A stretch of 64,000 bases of DNA. Source: Vicinamibacteria bacterium (GTDB taxonomy: Bacteria > Acidobacteriota > Vicinamibacteria > Marinacidobacterales > Marinacidobacteraceae). Positions 38,261 through 46,602 of this stretch are shown piece after piece. The position numbers and the translations under genes are program-made. Where the stretch lies: NCBI GenBank assembly GCA_964291235.2, contig OZ219815.1, positions 416,001-480,000 of the forward strand, read 5' to 3'. A model generated the notes under the pieces. The model searched no databases. It was not told the origin of the DNA and saw only the letters and a list, made by a program, of their open reading frames with translations. How positions within the stretch are numbered: the stretch's first letter is position 1; every line of letters starts with the position of its first letter.

Positions 38261-38956
38261 ATGCCCAACCAACCGAGGTTAGGGGCCAATCTCACGATGG
38301 CCCTCGTCACCCTCGCAATCATCATCGCAACTCTGCTCGGATTCCGAGAGGTCCAGCTGTCAATTACCTCTCTACAGGAGGTGGGCGCACTCATCCTTAC
38401 TCTGGGTTTCGTTGCCCTCGTCATAGAACGTGCTGTCGAGGTCTATGTCTCCAGGCAATATGGCCCCCAAAAGATCCGACGTCGGCGCCCCTTAACGCGG
38501 GCAGAGGCAAGACTGGGAAAAGCCGAAAGGCTACTGGATGAAGAGCGCGAACGCCGACACATGATGTCGCGCGTCCCTTCTCCGGAAGAAGATGCCCACA
38601 TGAAGGAACTCGTCCAGAATGCTGAGAGTGCTCACAAGGAATTCGAGACCGCCGAGGAGAAGACTTGGCTTCCCCTGTCGGAGCTGCGAACTCGGAAGCT
38701 TCGCGCGGCGAGTATTCTGTCTCTTACGTTCGGAGCACTAGCTGCCCTATCGGGTATGCGGGTCCTCGGTCAATTCCTGCCCATACAAGATGGCAAGCTT
38801 GTAGGAGTCCTGGCCAATGCAGACCAAGGCTTCCAACTGAGTATGTTCCGGGTTACGGATGCGCTCCTTACTGCCCTTCTTCTTGCCGGTGGTGCAGACG
38901 GAATCCACAAGATTTTCGCGTCGTTTAAGTCTCTTCGCTCGAAAACTGCCGAATGA
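38261..38956 (+). CDS. Hypothetical membrane protein (2 TM, coiled coil, 2 TM)
   Basis: GGAG RBS; hydrophobic segments flank a charged helix; ERAVEV and LLAGGADGIH motifs. Confidence 0.75.
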   Translation: MPNQPRLGANLTMALVTLAIIIATLLGFREVQLSITSLQEVGALILTLGFVALVIERAVEVYVSRQYGPQKIRRRRPLTRAEARLGKAERLLDEERERRHMMSRVPSPEEDAHMKELVQNAESAHKEFETAEEKTWLPLSELRTRKLRAASILSLTFGALAALSGMRVLGQFLPIQDGKLVGVLANADQGFQLSMFRVTDALLTALLLAGGADGIHKIFASFKSLRSKTAE

Positions 38957-38983
38957 TCCTCTGCGTTCCTACGATTACGGGAT

Positions 38984-39415
38984 TCAGGCGATCGTTGCCG
39001 GATAAACACATTCGCGGTCCACTAACATCGCGATCTCCACGGCTACGGCAAAGTCATCGGCGCTGTAACCGAAGACTCCGCTGTGTGACTCGTCGTCATC
39101 TAAGCGCCGATGCTCGACGTCTGCCGTTCCGGTTATAGCCGAGACCGCCGCCTTGACCTCTCCAACTTCCAGAACTGCAAACCTCCCGTTCGGCTTGACG
39201 CGATACTCCTTGCTTCGGAAAGCCGTTCGAACCTCGCCGACGGCCGCGTCAAGATCAGAGGCGTCGAGGAACTCGAGCCAGTTCACAGAGAGGTAATCCT
39301 CCTTCTTCGGTCGAATTTCAAACGCAGCCGGCATCGGCAAACCGTCCTGTCCGACCGCCGACGGTTTGCAGTACCGAGCTACGTGATCCCTATCCGGAAG
39401 TAGATCCGCACCCAT
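38984..39415 (-). CDS. Small hypothetical protein, ADP-ribosyltransferase-like toxin candidate
   Basis: Motif order HVARY ... AAF ... YLSVNW ... HSGV; ATG abuts upstream TGA. Confidence 0.6.
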   Translation of the reverse strand: MGADLLPDRDHVARYCKPSAVGQDGLPMPAAFEIRPKKEDYLSVNWLEFLDASDLDAAVGEVRTAFRSKEYRVKPNGRFAVLEVGEVKAAVSAITGTADVEHRRLDDDESHSGVFGYSADDFAVAVEIAMLVDRECVYPATIA

Positions 39416-40066
39416 TCAGTGTCGACTATCTGGCAAGAACGACCTTACGGCCTGCAAGGCCTGATCCTTGGGCAACGTACCGTGGACGCGGCGTCGTTCC
39501 GCCGGGGTACTGGATTCGGAGACTCCGGCAAACTGCAAGAAGCCGCTCGGCAAGAACCGGATCGCAAGGACTCCCCCACCCTTCACTCGCCATTGCGCCT
39601 GTAAGAGTCGATCAGGGCTTATTCCAAAATCCGCATCACGATGCTGAGGCTCGCTGGCAAAAAAGAGAGCGCATTGCTGTAGCGAAGAAAACGCCATCGG
39701 CGGTTCATCCGGATCCTCGTCACCAGTGACCTCGTGAAGGTACGTGAGCCGTTTGGCGATCGCTCCTAATCCCAGTGGTGGAAGCGCCGCGAGGATCTGT
39801 TCATGGCTCGTCGCAGAGAGGATCGAGCCGATCAAACGGGTCTGCGCCGAATCCGGCGAACTGTCTGCGCTGGCGCCGACACTCAACGCCAACTCCGCAA
39901 TCCGAGCGAGGTCGGCGGAACCGAAGAGTGGAGTTCCGTCCGCAAATGAGAGCGAAGTTGGATCTCCACCCGCCGGGGAAAAAGAGTCCCGAAACATGGC
40001 GGCCAGTGCAGCTCTCGCACGGAGATCCTCATAGGCCAGTGTCGCCGTAGGAGCTGACGGGCTCAT
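39416..40066 (-). CDS. Hypothetical protein (antitoxin/immunity candidate)
   Basis: ATGA overlap with upstream gene; low-complexity N-half, folded C-half (ISPD..LQAQW...LAIRF). Confidence 0.65.
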   Translation of the reverse strand: MSPSAPTATLAYEDLRARAALAAMFRDSFSPAGGDPTSLSFADGTPLFGSADLARIAELALSVGASADSSPDSAQTRLIGSILSATSHEQILAALPPLGLGAIAKRLTYLHEVTGDEDPDEPPMAFSSLQQCALFFASEPQHRDADFGISPDRLLQAQWRVKGGGVLAIRFLPSGFLQFAGVSESSTPAERRRVHGTLPKDQALQAVRSFLPDSRH

Positions 40067-40698
40067 GTTGATTTCAGCCCCCACAGCATCGTCAGAGCTT
40101 TGCCCACGAAGTTCCGCCGCTCAGGCCAGCGTTGGATAGCTCCACACAAACCGTCTACGTCGAGCGGCCCAGGATGATGCACATTGCACGAGGCGACCCG
40201 CTCAGTCTGTTGGTCGCCGGCTTCCTGGAAGGCGATGAAACAGACAGCTCCTCCGGCGTCCAAAGCGAACTTGGGGGTCATCTCCAGCACCGTAGCCTCA
40301 GCGCCCAGCCAGCTCGTCCCGAATCGGTCAACGAGCCGTCGTGCCGGCTCGGACTCCCGGACGACAACGTCGCAGTTAAGTCCAAGAGCCCGGTACGGCA
40401 CGTGCGGTAGCTTCGCCAGATAGGACTGCGTGAGCTGGTGAATCTCGCAGTCTTCCTCGAGAGCCGGGTCCGCCGGTTGGGTAATTGTCAGCTGGGAAGG
40501 GTCGACTGTCCACCCGACCCCGTTGTCGTAGCGCACGACAGACAGCGCCGGCGTCGTGAGCACCTCCACAGCCGCCCAGTCCGGGGGAACGATCTCCCGA
40601 GACACCAGAAAGTCCGGGTTGAGAATCGACGGGTTGTGAAACTCGGCAGTTACAACCACGCTAACGGACCGAAGGGCCAGGCGCGGTTTCTCAGACAT
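40063..40698 (-). CDS. Hypothetical protein, TIGR04255-like
   Basis: SVVV..EFHNPSIL.P.FL; LPHVPYRALGLN; C-terminal NVH. Confidence 0.6.
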   Translation of the reverse strand: MSEKPRLALRSVSVVVTAEFHNPSILNPDFLVSREIVPPDWAAVEVLTTPALSVVRYDNGVGWTVDPSQLTITQPADPALEEDCEIHQLTQSYLAKLPHVPYRALGLNCDVVVRESEPARRLVDRFGTSWLGAEATVLEMTPKFALDAGGAVCFIAFQEAGDQQTERVASCNVHHPGPLDVDGLCGAIQRWPERRNFVGKALTMLWGLKST

Positions 40699-40829
40699 CG
40701 GGGCCGGATCCCCACGGGACGGACCGGACTGTCATCGAGGCCTGTTTTCTCAGCTTTCCCTCTCCTGTCCCGCCACGGATCGCGCCCGAAATATACCTTG
40801 GAAGTGTCCGGCGCCGGTCGCACCCAACT

Positions 40830-42083
40830 TCAAGCTGAGGCGGTGGGGTGTTGCGGACTCAGCCCGGAGAAGCGCGCCCCGAAGAGCAACAGCACCGCAA
40901 CCAGGCGCACCAGGTCGTCGAGGTCCACCCATTCGTCGGGGCCGTAGAAGTTCCCTCCCAGGGATCCGATCCCCAGGGACGCCGCTCCCTGGAGCCGGAT
41001 CGGAAAGCGGATGTCACTCGCGAGGTGATCGGCGTAGGGAACCGGTTCGCGGCCGGTGACCCCGGCAACCGCGGACCGGAGCCCGGCGGTGAGGGGATCG
41101 TCCCAGGCAGTCTCGGCGGGGTTCGCGCGGAGGCCGGGGGCCGTCACCTCGAATCCAAAGCTCCGCCCGGACCCCGGTGCGTCTCCCGCCTCAGCTGCCG
41201 TCGCGCAGCGGAAGGCGTCCAGCACCCCGTCCACCGTTCTCGAACCGCGGAAGAGAACGCGAATCTCGGCCTCGCAGCGGACCGGAGTCCGTCCGGGCGC
41301 CTCTCCGGCGACCACGCGTCCGAGATTCATTTCGCAATCGGCCAGCTCGTCGTTGCGCAGGCGCTCGACCAGGCGGAGGCATGCCGCGAGCGCGTCGCCA
41401 CCCTCCGCGAAGGGCGCGCTCTCGGGCGTCCCGATCTCGCGCGGCCTCCCGGACCAACCGGTAACCCGAAGCGCCACGTCGAGAACACCCCGGCTCGCAC
41501 TCTTGATCACGCCGAGCCCGGCTCCGTTCTCGGGTGGATGGACGTAGATGCAGTCCGCCGGCTCCATCCCGGCAAAGACCGGCAGGGTGCCGCGTGCCCC
41601 GCCCCCTTTTCCGTGGACGCTTGCGACCCGGGGGGCCCTCCCCAGGTGCCGCTCGAGAAGCACCGCCGCGACCGCCGCCGCCGCGAGGCCCCCCTTGTCG
41701 TCGGCGGCTCCGAGCCCCCGAACCCGGTTGCCCAACACCGCCACCTCGCCGGGCGGCGAGGTCCAGTCGCCCGTCGCGGGCTCGGTGTCCACGTGGGCGA
41801 AGAAGGTGAGGCCGGAGGTTTCCGGAGGTCGGCCGACGAGGTTCACCGGCGCCTCGGCCGCCGGAGGCGGCGGGCTGAACTCCGGATGTTCGCGCCCGGC
41901 CTCCCACGATTCTTCGGTGGTCTCGACCGCGAAGCCGTTTTGCTCCAGGTAGCTCCCGAGCCGCGCCTGCGCCTCCTTCGCGGAGTGTCCGTAGGGACTG
42001 GGCGCCTCGATCAGCTCCCTGAGGAGCGCGAACAGCTCGGCGCGGGCGCCCGCCGCCAGCGCCAGCGCGTCCCGGGCATCCAT
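40830..42083 (-). CDS. M20 (ArgE/DapE-like) family protein with atypical active site
   Basis: FAHVDT, GLGAADDKGG, GPDEWV; dimerisation domain present. Confidence 0.8.
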   Translation of the reverse strand: MDARDALALAAGARAELFALLRELIEAPSPYGHSAKEAQARLGSYLEQNGFAVETTEESWEAGREHPEFSPPPPAAEAPVNLVGRPPETSGLTFFAHVDTEPATGDWTSPPGEVAVLGNRVRGLGAADDKGGLAAAAVAAVLLERHLGRAPRVASVHGKGGGARGTLPVFAGMEPADCIYVHPPENGAGLGVIKSASRGVLDVALRVTGWSGRPREIGTPESAPFAEGGDALAACLRLVERLRNDELADCEMNLGRVVAGEAPGRTPVRCEAEIRVLFRGSRTVDGVLDAFRCATAAEAGDAPGSGRSFGFEVTAPGLRANPAETAWDDPLTAGLRSAVAGVTGREPVPYADHLASDIRFPIRLQGAASLGIGSLGGNFYGPDEWVDLDDLVRLVAVLLLFGARFSGLSPQHPTASA

Positions 42084-42090
42084 GCGCGCG

Positions 42091-43086
42091 TCAGGGCGCC
42101 GGGTCCCGCACCGCGTGGCCCGTGATCGCCTCCACCAGCGACGGATCCACCCGGTGCGCCGCACCCCGCCACACCTCGCGCGCCAGCTCGAGCAGCGCGT
42201 CGGTCTCCGGATGGGTGAACCGCACCCCCGCGGCCTCGAGGGTGGCGAGCGCCTCCGCGTCCTGCCGCTGGTATTCCTCGCGCTCGGCGTCCACCGCCTC
42301 CCGCGCCGCGGCGCGGACCGCTGCCTGATCTTCCATGGAGAGCGACGAGAAAAACCGCTCACTCATGATCAGCGGCTGCACCAGGTACATCCAGCCGATC
42401 TCCGACCAGTTGGGCGCCACCTCGAAAAAGCGCTTCGACAAGTAGTTCGAGCGGGCGGCCTCCGCCCCGTCGATCACCCCCTGCTCCAGCGCCGTATAGA
42501 CCTCCCCATAAGCCATCGGCAGCGGGTTCGCGCCGAAGGCCGCGAAGGCCTCGAGATGGAGCGGGTTCTCCATGGTCCGGATCTTGAGGCCGGCGAGATC
42601 CTCCGTCCGCTCGACGGGCCGGTCCCGGGTCATGACGTGGCGGAGCCCCGCTTCGAAATAGCCGAGCAGGACGAGTCCCCGCTCCCGGAGCGGTTCCTCG
42701 AATCTCTGTCCGATGGGGCCGTCGAGCACCTCGTACATGTGGGGCCGGTCCCGGAACAGGTACGGGAGGTCGAACACCAGCATCTCGGGCGCGAAGGTGG
42801 CGAGCGGCGCGTTCGAGGGGGTGGTCAGTTCGACCGCCCCGATGATGGTCAGTTCGATCACGTCCCGCTCGTTCCCGAGCGCGTTGTTCGGGTAGATCTC
42901 CACTGCGATGCGGCCGTTCGTCGCCGCGGCGACTTCTTCGGCGAAGACCTCGAGTCCTTTCACCGCGGGTTCGTTCGCGGCGGTGCTGGTGCTGGCCTTG
43001 ATCGTGATCTGGCGGTCTTCCGGCGGCCGGCAGCCGGCGACGAGAGCGAGACCCGCGAGGACGAAGGCGGCCGGGCGAAGCATCAC
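42091..43086 (-). CDS. TRAP substrate-binding protein (DctP family)
   Basis: Lipobox LVAGC, DLAGLKIRTM, YTALEQGVIDGAE. Confidence 0.93.
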   Translation of the reverse strand: MMLRPAAFVLAGLALVAGCRPPEDRQITIKASTSTAANEPAVKGLEVFAEEVAAATNGRIAVEIYPNNALGNERDVIELTIIGAVELTTPSNAPLATFAPEMLVFDLPYLFRDRPHMYEVLDGPIGQRFEEPLRERGLVLLGYFEAGLRHVMTRDRPVERTEDLAGLKIRTMENPLHLEAFAAFGANPLPMAYGEVYTALEQGVIDGAEAARSNYLSKRFFEVAPNWSEIGWMYLVQPLIMSERFFSSLSMEDQAAVRAAAREAVDAEREEYQRQDAEALATLEAAGVRFTHPETDALLELAREVWRGAAHRVDPSLVEAITGHAVRDPAP

Positions 43087-44366
43087 AGCATCCCCAGCCA
43101 GCGCGGCAGGATCGTGACCGCGTCCGGGAAGACGGTCATCAGCAGCAGCACCACCACCATCGCGAGCACCGGACGCACCGTCCACCCCGCGATGTCGCTG
43201 ATGCTCCGCTTCGCGATGGTGCAGGCAACGAAGAGCGTCGCTCCGTAGGGAGGAGTCACCATGCCGATGCAGAGGTTCACCGAGGCCAGCACCCCGAAGT
43301 GGATCGGATCGATCCCGAGCTGGAGCGCCAGCGGGAACAGGATGGGCATGATCACGATGATGGCCGAGATGCTCTCCATGAACATGCCGACCACGATGAG
43401 GATGATGTTGCAGACGATCAGGAACGAGAGCTGGCCGCCGGCCATCGCTTCCACCTGCCCTCCCACCTGGTCCGGCACCCGGCCCACCGCGATGATCCAG
43501 GCGAGCAGGAAGGCGCTCGTGGCGACGAAGAGCACGACGCAGGAGCGAAGCGCCGCGCTCACCAGCAGCGGGCGCAGATCCCGGAGACGGAGTTCGCGGT
43601 AGATGAAGAACCCGACCGCCAGACCGTAGGCGACCGCCACCCCAGCGGCCTCGGTGGCGGTGAAGATCCCGGCCAGGATCCCGCCGAGCACCACGACCGG
43701 CATGCCGAGCGCCGGCACCGCTCCCAGGATCGCCCGGCCGAGGGAGCCCTCCGCGGGGGGCGGCGCGCCGCCGGAGGCGGCGAACGCGGTCTCGTAGCGG
43801 CGCGACCGCCGGTAGTTGATCCCGATGAGCGCCGCCGCCATCAGGAACCCGGGCACGATGCCCCCGACGAAGAGCGCCGCGATGGAGGTCTCCGTCACGT
43901 AACCCATGACGATCATGATGATGCTCGGGGGGATGATCGGCCCGATCGCTCCGCCCGCCGCTTGGAGCGCGGTGGCGAAGCCGATGGGATACCCGCGCTC
44001 CTTCATCGCCGGGATCATCATGGAGCCCACCGCCGCGGTGCTGGCGCTCGAACTCCCCGAGATGCTCGCGAAGAACATGGATGAGACGACCGAGACGATG
44101 GGCAGCCCGCCGCGGAGCCGCCCCACCACCTCGACGGTGCGCCGCGAGATCCCGCAGGCGTTCATGAGTTCTCCCGCGAAGATGAAGAGCGGCACCGCCA
44201 TGAGCGCCCAGGAGTTGAGGGCGGCGAAGGCCCGCTGGGGAATGATCTCGAAGGGGATCTGGCCGTCGGCGGCGAGCGCCGCGATACCGCTCAGCCCGAT
44301 CGCAAAGGCGACCGGCACCCCGAGGAGGAGCAGGAGGGCGAGGGTGATCAGCAGGGCGGCGATCAC
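43083..44366 (-). CDS. TRAP large permease (DctM)
   Basis: AVPLFIFAG, ISGSS, IIPPSI, GMVTPP. Confidence 0.94.
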   Translation of the reverse strand: MIAALLITLALLLLLGVPVAFAIGLSGIAALAADGQIPFEIIPQRAFAALNSWALMAVPLFIFAGELMNACGISRRTVEVVGRLRGGLPIVSVVSSMFFASISGSSSASTAAVGSMMIPAMKERGYPIGFATALQAAGGAIGPIIPPSIIMIVMGYVTETSIAALFVGGIVPGFLMAAALIGINYRRSRRYETAFAASGGAPPPAEGSLGRAILGAVPALGMPVVVLGGILAGIFTATEAAGVAVAYGLAVGFFIYRELRLRDLRPLLVSAALRSCVVLFVATSAFLLAWIIAVGRVPDQVGGQVEAMAGGQLSFLIVCNIILIVVGMFMESISAIIVIMPILFPLALQLGIDPIHFGVLASVNLCIGMVTPPYGATLFVACTIAKRSISDIAGWTVRPVLAMVVVLLLMTVFPDAVTILPRWLGML

Positions 44367-44863
44367 GGCTTGTCGTGTTCCCGGTTCGGTTTGGGCTCCG
44401 TTCCCCGGCGGAGCTCGCCGGCGATGAGGACCGCTGCGGCCGCCGCCATCAGGAATCCGCTGACCGGAACCGCCAGATAGGGCCAGACCATGGAGATCCC
44501 CAGGGCCGGCGAGGTCTGGAGGCTCGCGACCGCGAGGAGCCGCACGCCGTAGAAGGCGAGGCCCAGGCAGAAGAGCGCCGAGATCAGCAACACCCCGGTC
44601 CTAAGGGCCAGCGCCGCGCCCGGGGGCAGACGGGGCGTCACGTAGTCCACCGCGAGGTGCATCCCGCGCCGCACGCAGACGGGGGACGCGAGCAGCACCA
44701 GCCAGACCTGCAGGAAGCGGGCGAGTTCCTCGGTCCAGCTTGGCGGGCTGCCGAGCAGATAGCGCGCGCCCACCTGGTAGATCACGAGGGCCGCCATCAG
44801 TCCGAGGGCGATCGCTGCGCCGGTCTCGAGCGTTCGCCAGAGGCGGTCGGTGAAGCCGTTCAT
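44363..44863 (-). CDS. TRAP small permease (DctQ)
   Basis: WTEELARFL.VW, HLAVD, SPALGISM. Confidence 0.92.
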   Translation of the reverse strand: MNGFTDRLWRTLETGAAIALGLMAALVIYQVGARYLLGSPPSWTEELARFLQVWLVLLASPVCVRRGMHLAVDYVTPRLPPGAALALRTGVLLISALFCLGLAFYGVRLLAVASLQTSPALGISMVWPYLAVPVSGFLMAAAAAVLIAGELRRGTEPKPNREHDKP

Positions 44864-44950
44864 GGCATCCGGGGGCAAGCCACTCTACCGGACGCTCCCC
44901 GCGCCCCTGCTCGCCCGAGGCGCCGGTGGCGCGTCCTACAATCGCTGGCC

Positions 44951-46351
44951 ATGACCGACACCCGCGAGTTCCTGGACCGTTTCTGGGAGGACGAGATCCT
45001 CCCGTCCCTCACCGACTACGTCGCCGTTCCGAACGTCTCGGTGCTCTTCGACCCCGACTGGGACGCGAACGGCCACATGGAAGACGCGCTCCAGATGGGG
45101 AAGGCGTTCATGGAGAAGCACGCGCCGGACGATGCGACCCTCCATGTCGGGCGCATCCCGGGACGGACTCCGTTGCTGCTGCTCGATTGCCCCGGCGAGG
45201 CGGACGGCACGATCCTGATGTACGGCCACCTCGACAAGCAGCCCGAGATGGTCGGCTGGCGGGAGGGGCTCGGCCCCTGGAGCCCGGTCCGCGAGGGCGA
45301 CAAGCTCTACGGCCGGGGCGGGGCGGACGACGGGTACGCGCTCTACTGCGCGCTCGCCGCCCTGAAGGCGGTCGCCCGTGAGGGGAAGAAGCGGGCCCGC
45401 GTCGTGCTGCTGGTCGAATTCTCCGAGGAGAGCGGCTCCCCGGACCTGCCCGCCTACATGGAAACGTTTGCCGACGTCATCGGCAGTCCCGATCTCGTGA
45501 TCTGCCTCGACTCGGGCGCCGGCAACTACGACCAGCTCTGGTCCACCACCTCGCTGCGCGGCATGGTCGGCGGCACCTTGCAGGCCGAGGTCCTCACCGA
45601 AGGCGTCCACTCCGGCGATGCCGGCGGCGTCGTGCCGCCGCCGTTCCTCATCCTGCGGAAGCTGCTCGACCGGCTCGAGGATCCCGTCACCGACCGGATC
45701 ATCCCGGAGGCGCTCCACGCCGACATCCCCGCCGAGCGGGTCGCGCAGGCGAAGGCCGCGGCGGAGACCCTGGGACCGGACACCTTCACCCGCTTTCCCT
45801 GGGCCGGGAACACGGGGAGGCCGGGCATTCCCACGAGCGAACTCGTCCTGAACCGCACCTGGCGTCCCAACCTGGCGGTGACCGGAGCGGGCGGACTGCC
45901 TTCGCTCGAAAAGGCCGGCAACGTCCTCCTGCCCCAGGTGACGCTGAACCTCTCGTTCCGGTTGCCGCCCACCGTGGACCCGGCCGCCGCCCAGAATGCG
46001 ATCCGGGAGGTCGTGGAACCCGACCCGCCGTACGGCGCGAAGGTCACCCTGCACTTCCACGAACCCGCGCAGGGCTGGTCCGCGCCCGCGCTCGCCCCCT
46101 GGCTCGGCGACGCCCTCCACGACGCCTCCATGGGCGCGTACGGCAAACCGGCGATGTACATGGGCGAGGGCGGCTCGATCCCCTTCATGGGAATGCTCGG
46201 CGAGCAGTTCCCCGAGGCGCAGTTCGTCATCACCGGCGTCCTCGGCCCGAACTCGAACGCCCACGGCCCGAACGAGTTCCTGGAGATCGCCTACGCGAAA
46301 CGCCTCACCGAAGCGGTAGCCACGGTCGTGGCCCGGCACGCCACGCGCTAG
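44951..46351 (+). CDS. M20 dipeptidase-like metallopeptidase
   Basis: YGHLDKQP, GRGGADDG, EESGS, HSG, GGSIPF, NAHGPNE. Confidence 0.92.
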   Translation: MTDTREFLDRFWEDEILPSLTDYVAVPNVSVLFDPDWDANGHMEDALQMGKAFMEKHAPDDATLHVGRIPGRTPLLLLDCPGEADGTILMYGHLDKQPEMVGWREGLGPWSPVREGDKLYGRGGADDGYALYCALAALKAVAREGKKRARVVLLVEFSEESGSPDLPAYMETFADVIGSPDLVICLDSGAGNYDQLWSTTSLRGMVGGTLQAEVLTEGVHSGDAGGVVPPPFLILRKLLDRLEDPVTDRIIPEALHADIPAERVAQAKAAAETLGPDTFTRFPWAGNTGRPGIPTSELVLNRTWRPNLAVTGAGGLPSLEKAGNVLLPQVTLNLSFRLPPTVDPAAAQNAIREVVEPDPPYGAKVTLHFHEPAQGWSAPALAPWLGDALHDASMGAYGKPAMYMGEGGSIPFMGMLGEQFPEAQFVITGVLGPNSNAHGPNEFLEIAYAKRLTEAVATVVARHATR

Positions 46352-46602
46352 CGAGCGCCGGCCGGTCCTCGCGGCAGCGGCGCTGAGGCCGGCATCGCGG
46401 TGCGACTCCCGCCGCGCAACCGCGGAGTACCGATTCGCGTGAAGCGCCGCCTGCCAACCCCGTGGCGCGGGCTGTGCCGGTCTGAAGGCCGCTATCGCGA
46501 GGACCGGCTCGCGCTCCCTCAGCGTTCCCAGCCCTCCCTGCGATTCTCCTCGCCGGCCAGGTGAGGTTCACACCGCGATCGCCGCCCGGTAACCTGACTC
46601 GA

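Larger units (their letters stand above)
38020..40830. mobile_element. Lower-GC accessory island, no integrase seen
   Basis: Visibly more A/T-ending codons than the flanks; four unrelated hypothetical genes between core genes; boundaries approximate. Confidence 0.6.
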
